This document shows positions 1-7,348 of a stretch of 33,328 nucleotides of DNA, in pieces; the first letter of the stretch is position 1, and every line of letters begins with the position of its first letter. The notes below the pieces were generated by a model. That model saw nothing but the letters and a program-made list of their open reading frames with translations. It ran no database searches and was not told where the DNA came from. Source of the stretch: a virus (lineage: Duplodnaviria; Caudoviricetes); the IMG/VR virus record IMGVR_UViG_3300049143_000121, positions 1 to 33,328 of that record; one strand, written 5' to 3'. Position numbers and translations under genes: made by a program.

Positions 1-1326
1 TCAGGTCGAGCTGACTCCGGCCATCCTCCTGCGCATGGCGGCCAGGGTCTCCTGCTGGACCTCCGCGGACTGCTCAAGGAACCGCTGGGTCTCAGTGCTC
101 ATGAGGCCCGGGGGCGCCTGAGCCGGCCGCTTCAGGTTGCCGGGCTCGACAACCCCGGCGACCAAGACCGCAGGGTTCGATGGGGCAGACCCCGCCTCCT
201 TGGCCTGGGCCACCAGGTGCTCATACATCTCCACCTCGTCGCCTCGTTCGACCAGGGCTCGCCAGACCGGGTCCGCATCCTCGGGGAGCCCGTCCAGGAA
301 CGCCTGGCGCGTACGGGGGTTAGCGGCCTTCCAGGCGATGGTCCCCTCGGGGATTCCCCGACGGGCCGCGGTGGCCCGCTCCTTGGCATCTCGGCTCATG
401 GCCGCGTAGAGCTTGGTCTTGTCACCCAGGCCCCCGTCGTACATCTGGCCGTCCGGGTGGAGCACCGAGTAGAAGCCGAAGTGGAAGTGCTTGGCCCGGC
501 CGACCTTCTCCTCGGTCACCAGCAGGGCGTCCTTCCACTTCTTCAGCAGACGGCGGACCGGGCTCTCGGCCAGGCCTGTGAGGGCCATGACGTCCTTCTG
601 GGTGAGCACGACGTTCTGTCCGGCGAAGAGGACCGCGAGACGCCAGGCGTGCTTGCCGTACTGCTCGTCGGTCCAGGAGTCGTTGGCCGGGTCCAAGATC
701 GTCAGGAGTGTCCAGGACTCCCCTCGGATCCGTCCCCACTCGGTGAGAGAGCTGATCTTCTCCTGGGCCAGGACGAGCTGGATCTCCAGTCGCTCAGAGT
801 TTTTCAGGTGTGACTCTCCGATACCGGTCGCCTTCCGCCCATTACCTCTCTGAGGGGCCCCATCCTCCAGAAGCTCCAGGGTCCAGGACCCAGAGGGGAT
901 GAAGTAGTCAGAGAGGTACTGGGCGGCAAACGACCGGTATCCCGAGGGGCCCAGAGGAGACCAGGACCTCCCGGCCAGAGAGTTGAACCGGAGCTGCATG
1001 TCCTCGCGCTCCTCCTCGATCACCGAGGAGCGGCCCCGGGTGGCCGTGTAGAGGAATTTAAAAACGGAGGTGCCCCCAGTGGGACCGGCGATCTTCTGGA
1101 CGGTCTCCTTGTGCATGTCGGTCCAGCGGGCGATGCCCCGGGTGCCGGACAGGAACGAGTGGGTCTCCACGGCCCAGGAGATCGCGGCCTCGTTGAGGGC
1201 CTTGGGCTCCAGGAGGAGGCGCTCACGAATCTCGTTGAGGCGGGGGCCGGAGACCTTCTCCGGGGATTCCCGGTGAGCGGTTCGCCCCGAGACGGCCTGG
1301 CCGATAGAATCGGCGTCAGAGTTCAT
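1..1326 (-). CDS. Hypothetical protein with winged-helix-like segment; candidate replication/regulatory protein
   Basis: Long ORF (track 1..1542). Start re-called at ATG 1326 (MNSDAD...) because the upstream extension runs through palindromic, non-coding-looking DNA. The segment LTQKDVMALTGLAESPVRRLLKKWKDALLV resembles an HTH. Divergent from the phage operon. Function is inferred. Confidence 0.5.
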   Translation of the reverse strand: MNSDADSIGQAVSGRTAHRESPEKVSGPRLNEIRERLLLEPKALNEAAISWAVETHSFLSGTRGIARWTDMHKETVQKIAGPTGGTSVFKFLYTATRGRSSVIEEEREDMQLRFNSLAGRSWSPLGPSGYRSFAAQYLSDYFIPSGSWTLELLEDGAPQRGNGRKATGIGESHLKNSERLEIQLVLAQEKISSLTEWGRIRGESWTLLTILDPANDSWTDEQYGKHAWRLAVLFAGQNVVLTQKDVMALTGLAESPVRRLLKKWKDALLVTEEKVGRAKHFHFGFYSVLHPDGQMYDGGLGDKTKLYAAMSRDAKERATAARRGIPEGTIAWKAANPRTRQAFLDGLPEDADPVWRALVERGDEVEMYEHLVAQAKEAGSAPSNPAVLVAGVVEPGNLKRPAQAPPGLMSTETQRFLEQSAEVQQETLAAMRRRMAGVSST

Positions 1327-1400
1327 GTGGTTGTTCCCAATCTGCTTGGAGGCGTGGGGACAGCCGGTTCGGAGAGGGTGATGACCTCCCGGACCAACCG

Positions 1401-1420
1401 GGCTCTTTTTAAAAAGAGCC
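1401..1420. promoter_or_regulatory. Perfect 20-bp AT-core palindrome (operator or origin candidate)
   Basis: GGCTCTTTTTAAAAAGAGCC is its own reverse complement and lies in the divergent intergenic region. Confidence 0.55.
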
Positions 1421-1671
1421 GTCTGATGACGTAGCCCCTGGTTTCCGCCGGGGGCTTCGTCGTTTCTGGGGATCAGGATACGCACGCGCGCGGCCCGTTC
1501 GGCAACACCCAGGTTCACCCCAATAATTCTTGTAGAGGGCACCGCTCCAAGAAAAGTCCGAGAGGAGTCATAAAGCCAACGAGTATGCCTTCAGGGCTCC
1601 TTTTAAGGTGCTCAGACCCACCACAGAGTGGTAATGTGAATACATCGCCACCGAGGCGATACGACTCCGCT

Positions 1672-1699
1672 GGAGGACCCCCGCACGGGGAGGTCCTCC
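1672..1699. promoter_or_regulatory. Stem-loop upstream of the antirepressor gene
   Basis: GGAGGACC...GGTCCTCC arms with further internal pairing, about 27 nt before the ATG at 1727. Confidence 0.4.
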
Positions 1700-1726
1700 G
1701 TGCGTTTTGAGTCGAAGGGATGCGCA

Positions 1727-2665
1727 ATGCAGCACCCCACGAACGAGTTGGTGCTCACCGAGTCCCGCTCGATGCGAGACCAGACGATCGAGCGCACGGA
1801 CGTGCTCGACAAGGTCAAGGCCCTCGTTACCCTGCCGAACGGCTTCCACGTCACCACGGAGATGGTGGCCACCTACTTCGAGGTGCCGGTCGAGACGATC
1901 AAGAGCGTCGTCGAGGATCACCGGACGGAACTGGAGGAGCGGGGATACCGGGTCCTCAGGGGTTCGGAGCTGACCGAATTTGCGAGTCCCTTCGGGGGAC
2001 CCGCAAATCTGGGGCTGAGCCCGATGGCTCGGTCCCTCGCCCTCTTCACCCGCAAGGCCGTCCTCAACGTCGGTCAGCTCCTGACCAAGTCCGAGGTGTC
2101 CAAGGCGATCCGGAGCTACCTCTTGGATGCCGAGGAGGAGCAGCACAACCCGCAGTTCCAGATCCCCAGCACCTTCGCCGAGGCGCTGGAGCTGGCCGCC
2201 ACTCAGGCCCGAGAGCTGGAGCAGGCCCAGGCCGCTCTGGCCGAGGCGGCCCCGAAGATCGAGGCGCACAACAACCTGATCCAGTACGGCGCGAACCGGA
2301 CCGTCGGCGAAGTGGCCAAGGAGCTGTCCACCCCCGAGCGCAAGGTCATGGAGAGCGAGCTGCGCCGCCTGATCGTCCACGAGTGGAAGTGGGCCTTCAC
2401 GAGGACCCGGGAGTGCGGCAGCGTTCAGTACACCCCCTATGCCCACAGGGGCGACTACCTGGCCCTGGGCGAGGAGAAGTACCCCCACGACACCAGGCCG
2501 AACTGCTGGCACGCGACCATGCGGATCACCCCCAAGGGCCGTGAGGCCATTCGCCGGAAGCTCGCCCAGCAGAAGGCCGAGCCGGCCGTCCTGACCCCTT
2601 CTCGAACCATCGCCCCCAAGCCCACCGAGGCCGAGGTCATCTCGATGATCCGAAGGGGTGCGTGA
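1727..2665 (+). CDS. Phage antirepressor-like protein (N-terminal DNA-binding domain, C-terminal KilAC/ANT-like domain)
   Basis: RBS GAAGGGA then ATG 1727. Contains FQIPSTFAEALELAA...AAPKIEAH...TVGEVAKEL...TMRITPKGREAIRRKL, typical of antirepressor KilAC domains. Confidence 0.8.
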   Translation: MQHPTNELVLTESRSMRDQTIERTDVLDKVKALVTLPNGFHVTTEMVATYFEVPVETIKSVVEDHRTELEERGYRVLRGSELTEFASPFGGPANLGLSPMARSLALFTRKAVLNVGQLLTKSEVSKAIRSYLLDAEEEQHNPQFQIPSTFAEALELAATQARELEQAQAALAEAAPKIEAHNNLIQYGANRTVGEVAKELSTPERKVMESELRRLIVHEWKWAFTRTRECGSVQYTPYAHRGDYLALGEEKYPHDTRPNCWHATMRITPKGREAIRRKLAQQKAEPAVLTPSRTIAPKPTEAEVISMIRRGA

Positions 2666-2666
2666 G

Positions 2667-2927
2667 ATGGAGGCCAACACCCCTCGCCCGGTCGACCCCG
2701 CGCTCGACCAGGTCCTCCGGGACACCGAGCTGGTCCTCTCGGCCCGGATCGTCTGGACCCACCTGCGCAACCGCCCCTCCGGCCAGCGCAAGGCCACCAT
2801 CGTTCGCGCCCTCGGGGTGGACAAGGCCGTGGTCTATCGCGCGGTCAAGGCCCTCACCGAGCGCGGCCTGGTCGCCGAGGAGGACGGCGTCTGGACCGCC
2901 GTCGCCCCGGAGGGGGAGGGCCGATGA
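2667..2927 (+). CDS. Small winged-helix (MarR-like) DNA-binding protein
   Basis: LSARIVWTHL...KATIVRALGVDKAVVYRAVKALTERGLV HTH pattern; starts right after the antirepressor stop. Confidence 0.7.
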   Translation: MEANTPRPVDPALDQVLRDTELVLSARIVWTHLRNRPSGQRKATIVRALGVDKAVVYRAVKALTERGLVAEEDGVWTAVAPEGEGR

Positions 2928-3187
2928 GCGTCACCGAGGCCGAGTACGACCCCTGGGCGCACTTCATCGTCGGCTACGACAGCCGCCAGGTTCAGCAGAT
3001 CGAGGTCCGCGAGCACATCGACGGCATCGACCTCGTGGAGACGGTCGCCGTCAGGCCCCTTCGGGTCTGGGAGAAGACCGACGGCGGGCTGGTGGAGCTG
3101 CACGGAGAGGCCGCCCAGCAGGCCATGGAGGCCTTCTGGGCCGACGCCGACCAGAGCAATGAGATCGATGGGGAGAACAACCGATGA
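2924..3187 (+). CDS. Hypothetical phage protein
   Basis: ATGA overlap with neighbours, GGAGG RBS, high GC3. Confidence 0.7.
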   Translation: MSVTEAEYDPWAHFIVGYDSRQVQQIEVREHIDGIDLVETVAVRPLRVWEKTDGGLVELHGEAAQQAMEAFWADADQSNEIDGENNR

Positions 3188-3561
3188 CCAGCCCGACCAT
3201 CACGCTCGACCACCTGATTCAGACCCGGCTCGCCGAGATCGCCGAGGACGCCTGGCGCGACCACCGCATCATGCCCGTCAAGGGCGGTGACGGCCGTGTC
3301 CTCCAGCTCGGTACGGCCGCCGTGTGGGAGCAGTGGTACTGCCAGGCCGACCACGGACACGGGCTCTGCGGTGAGCCCTTGCTGACCCACGAGCAGACCT
3401 CCACGCTCCTGGGGATGTTTAACGACGACCAACCCGTCCCGGACCCAAAGATCCCCCCAGTGGAAATCGAGCTGCTCGACCCGTCCAGGGGCTGCTTCAT
3501 GCCGGACGTGCTGCTCCACTTCTCCGACGTCGGCCGCGAGTACCGGAAGGCGCAGGGCTGA
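3184..3561 (+). CDS. Hypothetical phage protein
   Basis: ATGA overlap with the upstream gene, GGGAG RBS, high GC3. Confidence 0.7.
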   Translation: MTSPTITLDHLIQTRLAEIAEDAWRDHRIMPVKGGDGRVLQLGTAAVWEQWYCQADHGHGLCGEPLLTHEQTSTLLGMFNDDQPVPDPKIPPVEIELLDPSRGCFMPDVLLHFSDVGREYRKAQG

Positions 3562-3563
3562 CC

Positions 3564-3674
3564 ATGCAGAAGCACATCGTCGACTACGTCAACTACGGCT
3601 TCCACCTCGCTGCCATCGGGATCACACTCGGCCTGATCGTCGCGGTCGTCCGCGCGGTGCGGAGGGCCCGATGA
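3564..3674 (+). CDS. 36-aa single-pass membrane peptide (not in ORF track)
   Basis: Translates as MQKHIVDYVNYGFHLAAIGITLGLIVAVVRAVRRAR*. Fills the gap exactly and ends in an ATGA overlap with the 3671 start. Confidence 0.65.
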   Translation: MQKHIVDYVNYGFHLAAIGITLGLIVAVVRAVRRAR

Positions 3675-4321
3675 TCGAGTGCTGCATCTGCGGCAAGGAG
3701 ACGGACCTTCCCCGGAGCTGCCGCCCGTGCCGGAACCGGATCCGCGGGCTGCTCCTTGGCCTCCCGGAGGCGGTCGTCCAGGTCTGGATGGCCCGGCACC
3801 GCGTCCAGCGGGGCACGAGCAGCGAGCGGGTCTCGGCGTCGAAGGAGGCCCCGATCCCCTTGAGGATGGACGTGCTGAACCTGCTCGGTCCGAGCGCTGA
3901 CGCAGTGCTGTCAGGCGAGGACCAGGCGGGCCCCGTGCCCGTCGTGGGCGTCCTCTCCGCTTGGTCGGACTTGGTGTCCGACCAGACCCGTCAGAAGCCC
4001 GTCGGGCGCACCGTCAGCGGCCTGACGCAGCACCTGCTGAACCACGTCGAGTGGGCGTGCCGCCAGGAGTGGGTGACCGACTTCGCGGAGGAGCTGGAGG
4101 GCCTGACGAAGACCCTCCGTCGGGTCTCGGGCATCGAGCCCGTCAGGATTCCGCTGCCCGTCATCTGCCCGACGTGCGACCTGCGGACCATGATCCGCGA
4201 GGAGGGGTCCGGGTGGGCGGCGGAGTGCCGGTACTGCCCGGCGGTGAAGCTCTCCGCCCGGGAGTACGGCCAACTCATCACCGCACAGGCCCAGGCCGTC
4301 AGCACGCCCCGGGAGGCCTGA
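3671..4321 (+). CDS. Zinc-finger phage protein, possible late-gene regulator
   Basis: CxxC pairs at both ends (CCIC/CRPC and CPTC/CRYC); positioned upstream of the packaging genes. Confidence 0.65.
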   Translation: MIECCICGKETDLPRSCRPCRNRIRGLLLGLPEAVVQVWMARHRVQRGTSSERVSASKEAPIPLRMDVLNLLGPSADAVLSGEDQAGPVPVVGVLSAWSDLVSDQTRQKPVGRTVSGLTQHLLNHVEWACRQEWVTDFAEELEGLTKTLRRVSGIEPVRIPLPVICPTCDLRTMIREEGSGWAAECRYCPAVKLSAREYGQLITAQAQAVSTPREA

Positions 4322-4326
4322 CGCTC

Positions 4327-5160
4327 GTGAGTTCCCGTAAGAGCCCCGCGACTCAGACAGTCGCGGGGCCTTCCCCTGCTTCCACCTGGTTGGTCCGCAC
4401 TGCTACGACAGCCGGCCGACCCGCCGTGCTCGCCGCAGCCCTGGTCCTGTCGGCACCGGGCGAGTACCGCCTGGCCCTCCTGGCCGGGTGGACCCCTCCC
4501 TTCGCCGCCGTCATGCCGCTGGTGATGTCCCTCTACGCCGGGGTGGCCGCCGCCATCGCATCCAGCCTCCCCAAGGGCAGTCCTGAGAGGCGCCAGGCCA
4601 ACGTGGGCGCCGTCATCGCCCTGCTGCTGGCGATGACGGCCCAGGTGGTCTCCCACTTGATCGAAGCCGGTTACATGGTCAAGGGGCCACTCGTCGTGGT
4701 GGCCGTCAGCGCTGTCCCCCCGCTGGTTGCCGCGCACACTCTCCACTTGGCCGGGGTGACGGCGGCGAGGTCGGTCGTCGGTCTTGAGCTGACGTCCCCG
4801 TCGGTGAACGTCAGCCGGGTCGGCGCTGCTCCGTGGAAGCCCACAGTGGCCAAGTGGGCCCCCGCTCCCCAGCCGCCTGCCGTCAAGGCCGTCAGCGCTG
4901 CCCCGAAGTCCCGCCCGGAGGTGGTGACTGCCTGCATCAGCCCGGAGTTGGAGAAGGCCCCTGAGAGCCCACGGAAGCCCTCGGCAGACCAGATCGTCCG
5001 ACGGCTCTACGACGAGTTGGGAGGGCGACGACCGGGGACCCGGCATATCCGTCAGGCCCTGGCTGGCGAGGGCCTCCCCAACTCTGACGGCTCGTGCCGA
5101 CAGGCCCGGCTGCGGGTCGAGCAGCGGGAGCCGGGGTTGAAAACTCTGCCGCCCGCCTGA
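4327..5160 (+). CDS. DUF2637/Spd-like multi-TM membrane protein with Pro-rich linker and C-terminal helical domain
   Basis: About 4 hydrophobic segments, SAPGEYRLALLAGW and AVSAVPPLVAAHTLHL motifs, similar to Streptomyces plasmid spread proteins. The start (GTG 4327) is uncertain. Confidence 0.6.
   Translation: MSSRKSPATQTVAGPSPASTWLVRTATTAGRPAVLAAALVLSAPGEYRLALLAGWTPPFAAVMPLVMSLYAGVAAAIASSLPKGSPERRQANVGAVIALLLAMTAQVVSHLIEAGYMVKGPLVVVAVSAVPPLVAAHTLHLAGVTAARSVVGLELTSPSVNVSRVGAAPWKPTVAKWAPAPQPPAVKAVSAAPKSRPEVVTACISPELEKAPESPRKPSADQIVRRLYDELGGRRPGTRHIRQALAGEGLPNSDGSCRQARLRVEQREPGLKTLPPA
4343..4369 (+). terminator. Perfect 11-bp hairpin, probable terminator/attenuator
   Basis: GCCCCGCGACT-CAGAC-AGTCGCGGGGC followed by a pyrimidine-rich tail. 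Confidence 0.5.
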
Positions 5161-5253
5161 ACTCCATCAGCCCCCCGTGCTCCGACACGCCCTGTAGCAG
5201 GGGTGCCACACAACGTCCTACAGTCCCGGAGGAGCTGTCGCAGAGGGGGGCGC

Positions 5254-5979
5254 ATGGCACAGAGGAAGTACGACAACGCCACACTCGCCGGGCTGATGAC
5301 CTTGTGCAGGGGCTACTGCTACTGGCCCGGATGTACGAGTCGCGTGATCACCATGGTCAACGGTGTGCCGAAGCTGAACGCGGAGATCGCCCACATCCGG
5401 GCCATCAACCCTGGCGGGAAGCGGTTCGACTCCAAGTGGTCCGTGCCGGAGCGCAACAGCTTCAAGAACCTGCTGCTGCTGTGCGTCCCCCACCACACCA
5501 CCATCGACGGCGCGAGCAGTGCCGAATACCCGGTGGAGCTCCTGGAAGAGTGGAAAGCCAGACGCGAAGGCGACAGCGTCGAGGCGCTGGAGGGCCTGAC
5601 CGGGCTGACCGAGGCCCGACTGGGCGAGATGCTCGCCGAGGCCCAGGGGCAGTTCCTCGATCAGGTCCGTCCGGCGCTGGCCGAGTTCTCCAAGACCGCT
5701 CCAGAGCTGGCCGATCTCCTCAGTACACTGCTCGATGAGCTGGCAGATCCCCGCATCCACGGCTTCGGCATCAGCCCTGACGCCATCGAGCTGTTCAGCA
5801 GCGCAGCACGGTCATTGGGCAGTTTTGAGGACAACGTCCACGTCCTCGCCCACGCCGCCGACAAGCTCGGAGGCCTGGAGGACAAGGCCACAGGGTTGCT
5901 GAACGCCGCGAGGCGGCTGGAGGGCGCTGCGTCCGCGATCCAAAGCGCGATCGCCGACATGCCGCGCGGCCGCTGGTAG
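5254..5979 (+). CDS. HNH endonuclease-domain protein with C-terminal helical/coiled-coil region
   Basis: CYWPGC...AEIAHIRA..PGGKRFD...RNSFKNLLLLCVPHHTTID (zinc-binding HNH signature); RBS GAGGGGG before ATG 5254. Confidence 0.8.
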   Translation: MAQRKYDNATLAGLMTLCRGYCYWPGCTSRVITMVNGVPKLNAEIAHIRAINPGGKRFDSKWSVPERNSFKNLLLLCVPHHTTIDGASSAEYPVELLEEWKARREGDSVEALEGLTGLTEARLGEMLAEAQGQFLDQVRPALAEFSKTAPELADLLSTLLDELADPRIHGFGISPDAIELFSSAARSLGSFEDNVHVLAHAADKLGGLEDKATGLLNAARRLEGAASAIQSAIADMPRGRW

Positions 5980-6044
5980 GCACCCGCCGGATCCGCTGAT
6001 CCGTGGGCAGATGGCCTAGGCCGCCGTTATGGTGGATCCACACT

Positions 6045-6068
6045 CTAGGGCAACTATGGTTGCCCTAG
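6045..6068. repeat. Perfect 10-bp inverted repeat
   Basis: CTAGGGCAAC-TATG-GTTGCCCTAG. Confidence 0.8.
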
Positions 6069-6069
6069 G

Positions 6070-6102
6070 AGAAGAGACGGGCCGCCCCCGAAGGGGCGGC
6101 CC
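6070..6102 (-). terminator. Intrinsic terminator for the minus-strand peptide gene
   Basis: Minus strand reads GGGCCGCCCC-TTCG-GGGGCGGCCC-GTCTCTTCT: 10-bp stem, UUCG tetraloop, pyrimidine tail. Confidence 0.7.
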
Positions 6103-6118
6103 CGAACGGACGCCGGAC

Positions 6119-6220
6119 TCAGCCCGACAGGTAGGCCGCCAACTGGATGGTCAGATCCAGAAGCGCCACGTACAACGCCAGCCAGGCCGGGTCCGGCGGT
6201 TCGCTTTCCCATCCCGACAC
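6119..6220 (-). CDS. 33-aa hydrophobic peptide
   Basis: Strong RBS GAGGAGG (6227-6233) 6 nt before GTG 6220. Translates as MSGWESEPPDPAWLALYVALLDLTIQLAAYLSG. Terminator 16 nt after the stop. Confidence 0.55.
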   Translation of the reverse strand: MSGWESEPPDPAWLALYVALLDLTIQLAAYLSG

Positions 6221-6621
6221 GGGATTCCTCCTCTCGACAGCCGATGACACTGTGGGTGCCGAGCCACCTGCACGCCCGGCCGGCCGGGGCGCAGAGGAGT
6301 GGAGCGTGGAAAACGTCCGTGGCCACACTCTAGGACCGAACGGTGATCAGAATGGGCGGCTGTACAAAACCAGCCACCCCACCGCGAGGGAAATGCGTGT
6401 TCTTGTCGCCGACACCTTCGTCATGACGGCCACCACGTGCGTCGATGCGCCGTCGGAGGGGCTGGCGCCCGTACTTGATCCGTAGGCGCGGGATCTGCCC
6501 TTGGCGGGAACGTCTGTGTGAAAACAGAGGTGGGCCTGCGCGAGGTCATCATCCACGCCTGGTCGTGGCTCAACTACAAGCCCGTCTACTCCAACGTCAT
6601 GACGCCCGTCAACAGAGGTAC

Positions 6622-6650
6622 TTGCTTTCTCTAACGAACAACCGCATAAT
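6622..6650 (+). promoter_or_regulatory. Sigma70/HrdB-type promoter (candidate late promoter)
   Basis: TTGCTT-N17-CATAAT in an AT-rich patch upstream of the HTH gene and structural operon. Confidence 0.65.
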
Positions 6651-6681
6651 CGAACACAGCAGGACTCGTGTGTCCTCGTGC

Positions 6682-6720
6682 AGGCCCCGACGCCACTGGC
6701 AAACCGGGGCCTTTCGCATG
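6682..6720 (+). terminator. Leader hairpin/attenuator
   Basis: AGGCCCCG...CGGGGCCT followed by TTCGCATG, between the promoter and the RBS of the 6736 gene. Confidence 0.5.
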
Positions 6721-6735
6721 TGCAGGAGGGCTTCA

Positions 6736-6948
6736 GTGGAGGACGAAATCTGGCTGACGGCCCGCGAGGTCGCCGACCTGACGGGCGTCAGCGTCGTAAC
6801 GGTCTATTCGTGGGTCCGCCGAGGCCACCTGAAAGTCGAGGGCCTCGACCACCGAGGCCAGAAGCTCTTCCGCCATATCGCCGTCGCGAAGGCTGAGAAG
6901 GCCACGAGGGCCAGGGCTGCCCGGCGGAGCTTCAGCGTCGCCGCTTAG
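6736..6948 (+). CDS. Small HTH_17/MerR-like DNA-binding protein
   Basis: RBS AGGAGGG, GTG start; WLTAREVADLTGVSVVTVYSWVRRGHL HTH motif. Confidence 0.8.
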   Translation: MEDEIWLTAREVADLTGVSVVTVYSWVRRGHLKVEGLDHRGQKLFRHIAVAKAEKATRARAARRSFSVAA

Positions 6949-7159
6949 CCCGCTCCTGCCGCTCCTCAACCGCCCGCATCCGCTCCTCGCGGGACGAGAC
7001 AGGTTGAACAGCAGCCCGCCTCTCGGCGAGAGAGGCCAGCCTCTCGGCGCGATACGACTCAGCGTTCCTCTGGGCGATCTCCTGAACCGTGGGGGCCACT
7101 GGCGGCTCGTGAAGCGCCTCGTGACCCACCCAGCGGTTCCCAAAACTGTGCGCAGTCAT
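6932..7159 (-). CDS. Small charged helical hypothetical protein
   Basis: GAGGGGG RBS before the ATG, possible -10 TAGGGT (7189-7194, minus strand), plausible E/R/A-rich helix. Confidence 0.5.
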   Translation of the reverse strand: MTAHSFGNRWVGHEALHEPPVAPTVQEIAQRNAESYRAERLASLAERRAAVQPVSSREERMRAVEERQERAKRRR

Positions 7160-7348
7160 GGCCCCCCTCTGACCAGTCCGGTGGAAGGACCCTAGCGCTC
7201 TGGTCTCACATTGAGCAGAGGACGCGCGCCGCTTCCGTAACGGACTTCGGGTTCTAGACCTGTGCCCTCGGTCATCAGTCGGGCATGACGCTCGTCAATC
7301 CCTGACCGGTCACCCGTCATCCCGCACGCGTGAGGGGGTGAGCCGGCC

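Noticed and set aside
1327-1542. N-terminal extension of the first ORF in the track
   Set aside because: It crosses palindromes and hairpins of the intergenic control region; ATG 1326 is the more plausible start.
5254-5979. HNH as the terminase-associated packaging nuclease
   Set aside because: Too long, different motif type, and separated from terS by other cassettes. Not fully excluded.
5985-6120. CRISPR array or tRNA in the palindrome-rich intergenic region
   Set aside because: No regularly spaced repeats and no cloverleaf or T-loop consensus.
6736-6948. Excisionase call
   Set aside because: The fold is compatible, but there is no adjacent integrase and the position before terS suggests a regulator.
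7200-7345. pac/cos site among small palindromes upstream of terS (e.g. TGACCGGTCA)
   Set aside because: The location is plausible, but no sequence feature is specific enough to call it.
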